Source: Candidatus Eiseniibacteriota bacterium
GTDB taxonomy: Bacteria; Eisenbacteria; RBG-16-71-46
Direction of reading: 5' to 3'
DNA: 64,000 bases
Assembly (NCBI GenBank): GCA_963725865.1
Contig: CAVSAC010000017.1
Coordinates: forward strand, 1-64,000
Shown: positions 52,678 to 63,736 of the stretch, piece by piece
Position numbering within the stretch: position 1 is the stretch's first letter
Layout: each line of letters begins with the position of its first letter
The notes under the pieces: model-generated
Database searches by the model: none
The model's input: the letters and a program-made list of their open reading frames with translations, nothing else
What the model was told of the DNA's origin: nothing
Program-made: the position numbers and the translations under genes

Positions 52678-55363
52678 CTACGCCGCCTTGGCGATCGGCT
52701 GCTCGTCGTCGTCGTCGCTCTGACGCACGTCCTTGATCACCTTGCGCATCTTCGCGCTGGTCTTGCGCTCCTCGCGCAGGCCCTCGATGGTGGCCTCGGC
52801 CTGCTTGAGCAGGAACTGCAGCGAGCCCGCCTTCTCGACCGCCTGGTCGACGATGACCTTCTGGCCCTGCGAGCGCCTCGAGGCTCGAGCGCACGTCCAC
52901 CAGCAGGGCGTCGGCGCGGGCGAGCCGCTCCTCGGCCTTGGCCATCTGGCGCTGGCGCTCGTCGAGCGCGCTGGCGGTGTCGCGCAGCCCGTCGAGCCGG
53001 GTCTGCACGTCCTGGAGCAGGCCGCGGCTCTCCTCGATCTCCTGGTGCGCCGAGGTGATCTCGCGCACGTCGCGCCGAGGTCTTCTCGGCCATGGCGAAC
53101 ATGCGGTCGAGATCGGCCTGCAGCGACTCGATGGTGCCCTGGCGCGACGACGATCTGCTCCAGCGAGCGCGCGATCTCCTGCTCGATCAGGTCCCACTTC
53201 GCCATGCGCTCCTCGAACTGGGTGAGCCGGTCCTCGACCACGCGCAGGCTCGCGCGCGCGGTCCTCGAGCTGGGTCGCGAGCCGTCCACCTGGGTGGCGC
53301 GCTGATCGGCGGTGGTGAGCGACGGCGGTCAGGTGCTGCGACCGAGCTCGTCGAGCTGCTGCGCGGCGGCTCGGCGGCCTCCTTGCGCGGCGGCCGAGAC
53401 GCGCTGCAGGTCCTTCGAGGCCTCCTCGAGCGCGTGCTGGCGCTGGTCGAGCTCCTGCTTCAGCGCGGGTGCGCTCGGCGAGCTCCTCGACCGACTCGCA
53501 GCGCGCGGCGATCGCCGGCCACGACTCTTGCGGACGCTCTCGGCCTTGCTTGCTCGGCGTCGCTCACGCTGGCGATCACGCCGGCGATGCTCTGGCCGGT
53601 CTGCGCGGCGTCCTCGGCCTGATCGCCGACGGCGCGGCGAAGCGCTGCTCGACGGCCTCCATGCGCTCCTGCAGCTGGTGCCGCGCTCGTCCAGTCGCCC
53701 GCTCAGCGCGCCCAGCTCGGCGAGCGCGGCGGTGCAGGTCCTCGACGAACTGCGCGGCGCGACTCGATCAGCGCGAGGTGGACTCGGCGATCTGCTGCGC
53801 CTGCCGCTGCACCTCGTCGACGATGGGCTCGAGCTGCGCGCAGCTCGGCGACCTGCTCGCGCAGCGCGCCCACCGACTGCGCGACCTCGGCGAGCCAGGA
53901 CTGGGTCTCGGCGTGGCTGGCGCGGAAGCGCGTCGACCTCGGCGTGGGCGTTCTCGGTCTGCTCGAGCGCGTCCTTGACCAGCGCGTGCGAGCCGCTCAG
54001 CTGGGTCAGGTCGCGCAGCGCGGATTCGACCGCGGGCCGCGCCTGCTCGATGCGGCCGATCTGGGCGCCCAGGCCCTGGCTGGTGGCGGTGGCCGCGTCG
54101 AGGTCGCGACGGATGGCGTTCAGCTTGGCCATCTCGTGATCGACGCTGCCGACCTCGGCGGCGAGCGCCTGCAGCTGCGCCGCGACGGCCTCGGTCTGGA
54201 TCCTGAGCTCGCCCATCGCGAGGCTCGACTCGCTCAGGCCCTTGAAGCGGTTCTCGGCGGCGGTCAGCTCGCCGCGCAGGTCGGCGACGCGCTGGCTCAC
54301 CGACTCGAGGCCGCGGCTCTCGAACTCGAAGCGCTCGATGGTCTTCTTCATCTCGTCGCCGACGGCGGCGAGGTCGACGCGCATCGATGCGGCTCTGCTC
54401 GTCGGTGTCGCGCTGGAGCTGGGTGATCTCGCCCGAGCGCGCGATGACCGCCTCGTGCAGCGTGCGCAGCGCCGCGACCTGCTCCTGCAGGGCGGCGAGG
54501 GCCTTCTCGTTCTCCTGCTGCTGGCGCATGCCGGCGTCGACCTGGCGCATCGCGCGGTCGAGCTCCTCGGCCTGGGCCAGGGCGCGGTCGACGGCCTCGC
54601 GCTGGGCCTCGAGCGCGGCGATCTTCTGCGCCACCGAGTCGCCGAGCGCCTTGAGCGTGGCCATCTCGCGGCGCGCGGTGTCGACGGTGTGCTGCACGCC
54701 GTCCATCGCCTTCACCGACTGCTCGACGCTGGTGATGCGGCGCTCCTTGTCCGCGAGCGAGCGACCCAGCTCGTCGCGGCGCCGGTCGAGCGCCTCCATC
54801 TTGGACATCGCCAGCTTGTGCGCGTCGAGCAGGCGGTCGTGCTGCTCGCGCAGGCGCGCGGTGCGCTCGCCGGTGCCCTCGACCTGGCCGCGGATCGACT
54901 CGGCGTCGCCGCGCAGCTGCTGGAACGGCTTCTCGACCTCGAGGAAGCCGACCAGCTGCTCCTTGAGGCCCACCGCCTGGTCGACCTTGTCGCTGAGCTC
55001 CTGCATCGTGGACTGGATGCGCTGCGAGTCCTCGAGCGCCTTGACGATGCGCTCCTCCGCCCACTTCTGACTCTGCGTCAGGCCCTCGGCGCGCTCGTCG
55101 AGGCTCTCGAACAGGTTCGCCAGGCGCACCATCGCCTCGAAGCGCTTCTCCATCTCGGCCACGCGACCGGTCACGCCCTCGACCTCGCTCTCGGCCTTGG
55201 CGATCGGCTGGTCGAGCTGCTCGAGCCGCTCGCTCGCGGAGTGCGCACGCTCCACCAGCGCCTCGAAGCGCTCGCGCTCCTGCTTCAGCTCCTGGAGCAG
55301 CGCGCGCATCTCGTCGGTGTGTTCGCGGTCGTGGGAACCGTTCCCGAGCAGGTTCTTCAGCAT
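52678..55363 (-). CDS. Long all-coiled-coil protein (~890 aa), frameshifted
   Basis: ATG 55363 with AAGGAG; continuous E/Q/R/L/A heptads across the fragments; ends 'DDDDEQPIAKAA'; no Walker motif or TM segment seen. Confidence 0.8.
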
Positions 55364-55826
55364 CGTCAGCTCCTTGCGCCGCGTCGGGCCGGGGCGGCCG
55401 GCCGGAAGGCGGCTTGATGCGTTGTCCGCTCCCCGTCCGCCCCGAGAGGGGAGGCCGAGGAGAGGGGGACCACGGACCGTCCCGCGAGGGGCGGACCAGT
55501 TCGTAGGTGCCAACCGGGTGGCGCGAACCGGATGGGAGACCGGATCCGTGCCGATGTGCGCGCGGTGCGTCTGCAAGAGGCGAGCCGCATGGAGCGCCTC
55601 CGTGGGCAGGGCGCGCGGAGGTCCCGGGTGGCGTCCGGCCGCGGTGGGCTAGCGGCCTGAGCCCGTTGCGGTTGGCACGGCGGTCTCATGCGGGGTGCGA
55701 GGTCCGGTCGCGGCGCGCCGGAGCCTGCGCGGGGCGGTCGCCGGCGTGGCGTGAGGCAAGATTCGGATCGCGCTTCGTGCGGACGGCCAAGGAAGTGGCC
55801 GGGGTTGCAGCGCGCCTCTGGGCCGC

Positions 55827-57176
55827 TCACTCCCCGGGGTGCGCGGCCTTGAGGATGAGGGCCCGGGCAGGCTCGGCCGCGCTGCGCGCGGTGGAGTCGG
55901 CGGCCAGGCGCGTGCGCTCGTCGGCGAACGCGAAGCGCTCGAGCGGGCCGAGCTCGCCGGGCTTGAGCGCGGTCAGCATGCGGTCCCACTCCGAGCGCCG
56001 CGGTGCCGGGATGCGGACGTACCAGTGGCAGTACTCGGCGAGCCCGGCGTCGCGCAGCAGCACGCGACCGAACAGCGCGCGCTGGCGCACGCTGTCGGGG
56101 GTGGCCCACACCGCGCGGCACACCAGCGGTGCGCCCAGGTCCCGGCCTGCGACCACGCCCTTCCACACCACGGTGTGGCTCGCCGCATCCCAGCCACCGT
56201 TGGTCTCGGTGGGCTCGACGCCGGTGTCGAGCCGCACCTCGAGGATGTCGTTGTCGGCCCCGTCCCCGCCGAAGAAGGTCCCGATACCCAGCTGGCGATG
56301 GAGCGCGCGCCAGCGCTCGTCATCGGCGAGCGGGGAGGTGCTCCCGTCGTCGAGCCCGGTCCCGACCCACCGCTCCATGCTGTCGCGATCGGCGCTCGAG
56401 CCGGTCACGGCATGGCCCTCGCGCTCCGCCGTCAGGTCGCCCTCGAGCAGGCGCAGCAGCGTCTCGTGCCGGCGCGCGAGCAGGTTGTCGCGGATCGGCG
56501 CCGGTGCCAGGAGTGCCTCCCGCAGGCGGGCGACGAAGGTCATGCCCAGGAGCTCGTACGCGACCGGATGCTCGACCTGATCGACCTCGAAGCGCGCCAT
56601 CGCCCCGGTGTCGCGCGTCGCCTCGAGGCCCCACGCCAGGACCACCGCGTCGCGCAGCTCGCGCGCGAGGTCGCCCGCCAGGTAGGCGCGCAGCCGCGCG
56701 TGGTGCGGCTCGGGGCCGAGCCAGGCGGGCGCCCCGCGGCGCAGCCGCTCCGCGATCGAGTCGGCCGCGGCCAGCCGCAGGGCGAGGGTGGTGCCCGGGG
56801 TGGGGTCGCCGCGCAGCCGCTCGTGGTACGCGTAGGCATCACCGAGCGGCGAAGCGTCGCGGCTCCAGCGCCCGGAGTTGCCGATGTCGCACGGGATGAC
56901 GTCGAAGTGGCGCCTCGCCGTGTAGGGACGCACGGTGTCCGGGTGGACGCCATAGGTGCGCACCAGTCGCACCTCCTCGAGGCTGTCGAGCGTCGGAGCG
57001 CCACGTCGCTGCAGCGAGTCGCTGGGATCGATGTTGTAGGCGGTGACGCGGCGCTCGAAGCCGCCGCCGGCGGGTCGCATCTCGATCACGAGATGGTGCT
57101 CGGTGCAGCCGGCCACGCAGGCGGCGACCAGCGCGAGCAGCGCCGGCATCCAGCCCCGGCGAGCGACGTGACACAT
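55827..57176 (-). CDS. Putative lipoprotein
   Basis: GGAGGG RBS; 'LLALVAACVAGC' lipobox; long open frame. Confidence 0.72.
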   Translation of the reverse strand: MCHVARRGWMPALLALVAACVAGCTEHHLVIEMRPAGGGFERRVTAYNIDPSDSLQRRGAPTLDSLEEVRLVRTYGVHPDTVRPYTARRHFDVIPCDIGNSGRWSRDASPLGDAYAYHERLRGDPTPGTTLALRLAAADSIAERLRRGAPAWLGPEPHHARLRAYLAGDLARELRDAVVLAWGLEATRDTGAMARFEVDQVEHPVAYELLGMTFVARLREALLAPAPIRDNLLARRHETLLRLLEGDLTAEREGHAVTGSSADRDSMERWVGTGLDDGSTSPLADDERWRALHRQLGIGTFFGGDGADNDILEVRLDTGVEPTETNGGWDAASHTVVWKGVVAGRDLGAPLVCRAVWATPDSVRQRALFGRVLLRDAGLAEYCHWYVRIPAPRRSEWDRMLTALKPGELGPLERFAFADERTRLAADSTARSAAEPARALILKAAHPGE

Positions 57177-57413
57177 GCGACCCTCCACCGCGGAGTGGCG
57201 CCGGGAGCGGTGCCGCGCACCACGCCACTGGTCGTCGACGCGCACGACCGCCCGCGACGCACCCACGCCCGCGGCTTCGTCCCGGGCGTGCGCCCGTCCC
57301 AGGTCGGGCGCTGTCGGCCCGCCGCGGATGGAGTGGCGGAGCGGCGCACGGTGCAGCGACCCGACGCATCGAACGCCCCGGAGGGTAGGGCCGTGAACGG
57401 CCGCGCCGCAAGT

Positions 57414-57483
57414 GCCGTGACGAGCGCGGTGACGAGCGCTCCTTGAGCGGCAGGGCCGTGACGAGCGCGGTAACGAGCTCTCC
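57414..57483. repeat. Nested intergenic direct repeat
   Basis: GCCGTGACGAGCGCGGTGACGAGCGCTCC (57414-57442) and GCCGTGACGAGCGCGGTAACGAGCTCTCC (57455-57483), each made of two 12-bp units. Confidence 0.8.
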
Positions 57484-57536
57484 CTGGTGGGGCCGCTGCG
57501 TCCGCGCCGTCCGCGCGGCCGGCGACGACGCGCGGT

Positions 57537-59063
57537 TCAGCCCCGCGCGCCGCGCGCCGCGCTCGCCGGCTCCGCCGGGCCGACCCTCGCGAACGCGAGC
57601 GGCAGGCAGGCGAGCACCACCGGGGTGAGGAGCGCGCCCCAGTAGTAGTCGAACCGGTTGGCGCTGATGGCGAGCAGGAACAGCGCCGGAGCCACCAGCG
57701 CGGCGGCGAGTCCCGCGCGCAGGCGGCCGTCGCGCAGCGCGAGCACGCCGCCGAGCGAGACCAGTGCGATCCACGGCGCGCTCCGGGGGCCGAACGGCAT
57801 CAGCTCCATGCCGTGCGCGAGCGAGCGCACCAGGCGCGGCAGTCCGGTGCTGTGAAGCCAGGTCGCGAGCGCGAGCGGGTCGCCGCCGCCGGCGGCGGGC
57901 GCCATCGCCAGGTGGAGCGCGATCGGGACGCTCGCGCCGAGCGTGGCCACCAGCAGGCCGGCGAGCCGCGGCCGCCGTGGTGCCGCCCACAGTCCGGCGA
58001 TCACCCACGCCGGCACGTAGACGATGGCCAGCTCGCGCATCGCCACCGCGGCGACCAGCGCGAGTGCGCTCGCCATCCAGCGGCCACGCACGAGCAGGGC
58101 GAGGGCGATCACCATCACGCCGCCCGCCCACACCTCGGCGAAGGTGAACCACGAGTGCGCACCCAGCACGAACCAGGCGAAGAACGTCGACAGCAGGATC
58201 GGGGCGAGCAGCGCGATGCCGTCGCTGACGAAGGTCGCGGCCAGCCACCATCCCGCCACCGCCACCGCCAGGCCGAACACGATGAACCATCCCAGCAGCG
58301 CGGTGGCGCTCGCGCCCGGCAGCAGCCGCCACAGCAGGAACAGCCCGGGCTCGCGGAAGCTGAGCGGGGTGCGGATCGGTCCCGCGAAGCGCGCGTCCTC
58401 GCTCCAGGCGCGCTGGAACGCGGCGTAGTACGGCACACCCTGTCGCATGAGCGCGCGCGTGCGCAGGTAGAGCTCGCCGTCGAAGGCGTAACGCTCGGGC
58501 TCGATCGCCCGGGCGTACGTCACCTGGCGCTCCTCGAGCAGTGGCGCGTACGGTCCGCCGAGCAGGCCGAGCGTCCACAGCTGGCAGGCGGCGAGCAGCG
58601 CCAGCGCCACGCCGATCGCGAGCGTGCGGCCGGCGCGCCGGCGCAGCCACGCGGTGCCGATCGCAGTCGCGGCGGCGAGCGCCACGCCGGCGAGGAGCCA
58701 CAGCGCGGCGCCGGGCTCGCGCACCGAGACGAGCAGCGCCACGCCGGCGAGCGCGCCGCCGAGCGCGGCGGGCAGCGCGATGCGCGGGCCAGCGTCGGTG
58801 GGGCGGGCGAGCAGGCCGGCGACCAGCCCGGCGAGCAGTCCGCGCGCGATCAGGCTGGCGACGAGCCCGGCGGAGAAGCGGGGCGTGCCGGGGAAGACGG
58901 CGAAGGCGATGGCGCAGGCGGCGAGGGGGACCACGAGGCGCGGGAGCGCGCCGTCCGCCGCCGGAGCCGGCGCGGTGGGATCGATGTCGCTGTCGACGGC
59001 CCGAGGCGCTGGCATCCGCTCATCCCTGGGTGGAGGGCGCCGCGCTCTCGCGGCGCCCTCCAC
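57537..59063 (-). CDS. Polytopic membrane protein, possibly GT-C glycosyltransferase-like
   Basis: Many hydrophobic segments; loop 'FDGELY', 'FREPG', 'AEVW', 'MRE'. Start 59063 or 59015. Confidence 0.68.
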   Translation of the reverse strand: MEGAARARRPPPRDERMPAPRAVDSDIDPTAPAPAADGALPRLVVPLAACAIAFAVFPGTPRFSAGLVASLIARGLLAGLVAGLLARPTDAGPRIALPAALGGALAGVALLVSVREPGAALWLLAGVALAAATAIGTAWLRRRAGRTLAIGVALALLAACQLWTLGLLGGPYAPLLEERQVTYARAIEPERYAFDGELYLRTRALMRQGVPYYAAFQRAWSEDARFAGPIRTPLSFREPGLFLLWRLLPGASATALLGWFIVFGLAVAVAGWWLAATFVSDGIALLAPILLSTFFAWFVLGAHSWFTFAEVWAGGVMVIALALLVRGRWMASALALVAAVAMRELAIVYVPAWVIAGLWAAPRRPRLAGLLVATLGASVPIALHLAMAPAAGGGDPLALATWLHSTGLPRLVRSLAHGMELMPFGPRSAPWIALVSLGGVLALRDGRLRAGLAAALVAPALFLLAISANRFDYYWGALLTPVVLACLPLAFARVGPAEPASAARGARG

Positions 59064-59066
59064 AGC

Positions 59067-62000
59067 CTACCTCAGGCGCACGATCCGGCGCACCAGCCGC
59101 TGGTCGCCGACGCGCACCACGGCCCAGAACGTGCCCACGCCGGCGTCGCCGCGATCGGCGTTGCGGCCGTCCCAGGTCAGGCGCTGCACGCCCGCCGCCA
59201 GGCGGCCGCGGGACGGCGTGCGACGCAGCGACCCGAGACGTCGAACACCTCAAGCGTGACGTCGGCGTCGTACGGCAGCGCCAGCGCCAGCTCGAGCGTG
59301 CCCTGGAACGGGTTGCGCAGCGGCTGCAGCGCCAGCTGGGCGGCTTCGCGTCGGGCGTGCCGGTGAGCGAGGTCGTCACGGTGCGGGTCGCCATCGTGAC
59401 CGGGGCGGAGCGGCCGTGGCCGGTCCAGGCGTCGTAGATGGTCTGGCCGGCGGTGTTGGTGGCATTGGCGGCGAGCAGGAACTCGACGTAGTCCTTCGAC
59501 GCGGTCTGGTAGTAGAGCGTCGCGGTCACCGACGTGGTGCCCTCGGGCACCGCGTAGGTCGAGGTGTCCCAGTTCTGCCAGTCGTCGTAGCGCGGCGACG
59601 GCCCCCGGATCCACCGGGCGGCCGCCGAAGCCGTCGAAGGCGGCGTTGGTGAAGCCGAGCGGCGGGATGCGGTTGTCCTTGTAGACCGAGTCGTTGAGCG
59701 TGAAGTGGAACGTCGGTCCCGCGCCCATGCCGAGCAGCGCGGCGGTCGCCGACGAGATGCCGAGGTGCATCTCGTACACGCGCGCCGCCGGTCCGGGCGT
59801 GAGCACGCCGCTGGTGGTGTCGTAGCCGCACGACTGGTAGAGCAGGTTGCCGCCGGCATCGCGCGCCTGGAGGTTGAGCCACATGCGGCGGCCTTCCGGG
59901 TAGCCGGTGGGCAGCTTGTGGCCGGTGCGATTGGTGATGCGCACCGTGGCGCGGAAGCTGTCGGCCTCGGCGGTCAGGCCCAGGTCGAGCGTGGCGGCCT
60001 TCTGCAGCGTGGACACCGCGCGCGCCGCGCCGTCGGCGAGCGCGGCGGCGTCGGTCTCGTCGGATAGAGCGAGGGGATCACCCCGCCCATCAAGGCGTTG
60101 CCGCCGGTCAAGTCGTGCAGCGGCAGGTCGGGGCGCACCGGCGCCGAGGCGCTGTTGCAGCCCTGGCCGGTGACGTCGCGCATGTGGCAGTCCTGGCACT
60201 GCGACACCACGCCGGCCGGGCTGCCCGAGAACTCGGGCAGGTACAGGCCCTGCGGGAACGCGCTGTTCTTCCACTCGCTGAAGGTGCGCTCGAGCGGCAT
60301 CAGGGTGCGCGAGTCGATCGAGTCGGCCGGGGCGTCGAGCGGCCCGCGCACGTAGCGCGCGCCGGTGACGCGGTTGTAGACCGGGTTGGAGACGTCGTGG
60401 CAGGTGCCGCACATCTCGCTGCGGGTGTGGAACGACGAGGCCAGGAACTCGTGCGGCGAGGCCGCGTCGGCGAACGGCCCGCGCCGGCGCGGGTTGGAGT
60501 CGAGCACGTACTGCCCGTTGGCGTAGGTGGTGGGGACGTGCGCGGGCAGCATGCCGCTCAGCACCGCCTGGTCCTCGACCGGGTTCACCCCCGCGACGTA
60601 GCGGGGGTCCACCATCCGGTGGCAGAAGTCGCACGAGACGCCGTCGCGGCCGAGCGCGTCGATGCGCGCGCCGCTGGTGGGCTGGCTGTTGCCGGTGAGC
60701 CACGACAACGGCGCGTGGCAGCGGATGCACATGTCGCCGGAGGACGGCGCGTCCTGCTCGGCGATGGCGAGGCAGGCGTAGAAGAACGGGTCGTGCGCGG
60801 CCTGGCTCATCATCGTGCCGTGGAAGTTGCGGCCCGGCTCGACCGCGGGATCGTAGCCGCAGTGGCAGGTGTTGCAGGGCTCGAGCTCGAGAAGCCGCCG
60901 GCGCCGAAGGGCTGGGTGCCGGGCATCTGGAAGTCGCGCAGCGTGGTCGCCACCACGCCGCCGGGCGTGGCGGTGATGGTGAAGTCCGCGTGGCTGCTGT
61001 CGGCGCCGGCGTGGCCGTCGGCGTCGAACGCCAGCACCTTGACGCGCGCGTCGGCGGTGGGCGTGTTGTGCACGAACCAGTCGAACGTGCCGGAGTTGGC
61101 GATGCTCTGCGAGATCGCGATCCACGGCGAGGTCGCGTGGTCGCGGTAGAACACGTCCACGGAGGTGACGCCGATGTCGTCGGTCGCCGCCCAGGGGACG
61201 ACGTGCTGCGAGCCGCCGACCCAGCTCTCGCCGCCGTCGGGGGACGTGACCACGACGACCGGGCTGGCGCTCACCGGCACCCAGGTGCCGCCGCCGAAGT
61301 CGTCGAGCTGCGACTGGAACGCGCCGTCGAGGGTGAGCCCGAGGTAGCCGCCGGTGGCGGCGTAGGCCCAGCCGGCGATCGACGCGGTGCCGGCCTTCAC
61401 GCCGTTGCGGAACACGTCGACGGTGCCATCCGACAGCGCGCGCGCGCCGAACTGGTCGCCGGGCAGGAACTGCACCGAGATCAGGCCGCGATCGACCCAG
61501 CCGACCGCGGGATCGAACGTGGCCACCGCGACGTGCGGGAAGGTGGCGTCGTAGCGCACCTCGATGTGCGCCGCGGTGTAGGTGGTGCCCTGCAGCTTGA
61601 GCATCAGGTCGTGCTCGAGCGCTCCCGCCGAGATGGCGCCGAAGCGTGATGAACGCCTCCTGGTTGGCGCCGAAGCTGGCGCCGGTCCACACCGGGGTGG
61701 CGTAGCAGCAGGTCTGCGTGAGCTCGTTCTGCGAGATCGTCAGCCCGGTCACGCCCACCCATGGCGCGGTGAGCGGTCCGTTCGCGCGGTTGAAGTTGTC
61801 GAGCACCGCGGTGGTGGGGAAGGAGCCGGTCGGGCCCACGGTGACGATCAGGCTCGAGGTCCTGGCCGCCGCGGTCGTCGTCCACGGTGAGCACCGCGGT
61901 GTACGCGCCGGTGGTGAGGTAGACGTGGGTCGGGTTCTGCAGCGTCGAGGTGCCGCCGTCGCCGAAGGTCCACGCGTACGTCAGCGAGTCGCCGTCGGGG

Positions 62001-63477
62001 TCGAAGCTGTCGGCTCCGGCGAACGTCACCGTGAGCGGCGCCGGGCCGCTGGTGGGCACCGCCGCGGCCTGCGCCACCGGCGCGGCGTTGCCGCCGGCCG
62101 GCCCGGTGTAGCGGATGTGGCGGATCTCGCCGGTGGTGATCGAGACGTAGTAGAGGTCGCCGTTGACCGGGCTGCGCTGCAGGTCGACCGGCGCGTCCAT
62201 CTGCTGCCGAAATCGTGGAAGTCGATCAGGTTGTCGTTGTCGTTGAAGGTGGCGACCCGGATCCAGCTGCCGCCGTAGTCGGCGAAGAAGTAGCGGCCGC
62301 GGTAGTCGCCGGGATACAGGCTGTCGGTGTAGAACACGCCGCCGATCGAGGCGACGCCGAACACGCCCGGCGGCACGCTCAGCGCCGGCACCGAGTGGTG
62401 CCACACGCTCACCGGCTTGCGCCACTGCGACGGGTTCGTCGCGGTGCCGACGCTGCCGCACCCGTTGTGGGCGGGCGAGCCGGCCTGGTAGGCGGGCTGG
62501 GGGTTGAAGCCCTCGTAGCACGGCCAGCCGAAGTTCAGGCCCGGCTGGGTGGCGACGTTCAGCTCCTCCCACGTGCCCCAGCCCACGTCGCCGATGTAGA
62601 GCGTGCCGGGGTTGCCGAGCGCGGTGTCGGGGCTGCCGGTGCCGGGCCGCACCGTGAAGCGGAACGGATTGCGCAGGCCGTACTCGAACACCCGCGAGCG
62701 CGCCGAGGTCAGGTCGGAGTCGCGGAACGGGTTGCTCATGTAGCCGTGACCGTTGGCGGGATTGAGGCGCAGGATCTTGCCGCACAGGTTGGTGATGTCC
62801 TGCGCGCGGAACGCACCGATGTCCTCGTTCGGATCGGTCTTGCCGGGGCCGAAGCCCGCGGGCTGCAGTCCGCCCGCGTCCATGGTGTTGAAGTCCGCGC
62901 CCTCGCCCGCCGAGACCATCAGGCTGCCGTCGCGTCCCCAGCGCAGCGAGCCGATGCTGTGCGAGAGCCCGCCATCGAACTTGCCGTGGCGCCAGTCGAC
63001 GCCCATCAGGATGGTGCGCGTGGCGGGATCCACGGTGTTCGTGTCGCCGGTGGCGCGCATGGTGTAGCGCGTGAGGCGGCCGAACGCATTGGCGTTGCCG
63101 TCGTTCCCGTTGGAGTCGGGATCGACGGTGTAGAGGAAGTAGACGAAGTGGTTCTGGAAGTACTTCGGATCCACCGTCACGCCGAGCAGCCCGCGGTCGC
63201 CGTTGCTGAGGATCTCGGTCGAGCCGTCCCACACCGGGCTCGCCAGCCGCACGCCGTTGCGCACCATGTAGGCGGTGCCGCCCTGCTCGCACACGATGAG
63301 GCGACCGTCGGGCAGGAACGCGAGCGCGGTGGGGAAGGTGAACGTCACGCCGCCCGAGGTGACCGCGTTCTCGACCACGAAGCCGTCAGGCACGCTCACC
63401 GCGCGGGCGGGAGTGGCGAAGCCGAGCGCGGCCCAGGTCACGGCGAGCAGAGCGGGAAGCAGACGACGACTGGACAC
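59067..63477 (-). CDS. Secreted multidomain protein: PQQ-dependent sugar dehydrogenase (GSDH) + PKD + beta domain + Ig-like + pentahaem cytochrome c + CTD; about 7 frameshifts
   Basis: Signal peptide; 'GDRGLLG', 'GKILR', 'YGLRNPFR', 'GDVG...EE.N', 'NFGWPCYEG'; PKD 'YAWTFGDG'; CxxCH x5; 'GHKLPTGYPEGRRMWL'; CTD 'RNPF...FDVSGR...WDG...RRIVRLR'. Confidence 0.82.
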
Positions 63478-63736
63478 GGAGGGGCTCCTGGTCCTGGCGT
63501 GGGTGGGTGCGCCCCGATCGTCGGATGCGACGGTCGGATGGGCGGGGGGCGTCGCCGATCGACCGGGGCCGAGTCTCTCCGAGTGCGCGTAAGCCTATCA
63601 GGCCGGCGCCTCGCGGGCACGGGGTTATGCAGCCAAGGGGTGGGCAACCTTACCCATCCTCGCCGGGTCGAAGCACCCAGGATGGGCGCCGCGGCCTCCC
63701 AGGTCCGGCGCTCGCGCTCCGGACTCGGGAGGTCAC

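Noticed and set aside
52678..55363. SMC/SbcC chromosome segregation ATPase
   Set aside because: No Walker A/B, signature or hinge motifs are visible.
55364..55826. Sigma-54 promoters at TGGCAC sites near 55510 and 55672
   Set aside because: No GC at the -12 position with the required 10-nt spacing.
57387..57483. Possible mini-CRISPR
   Set aside because: Only two 29-bp units with a 12-bp gap, internally repetitive, and no cas genes.
63630..63736. c-di-GMP-I (GEMM) riboswitch
   Set aside because: Two-hairpin layout, but the GNRA loop/receptor and GCAAA-type conserved segments are absent.
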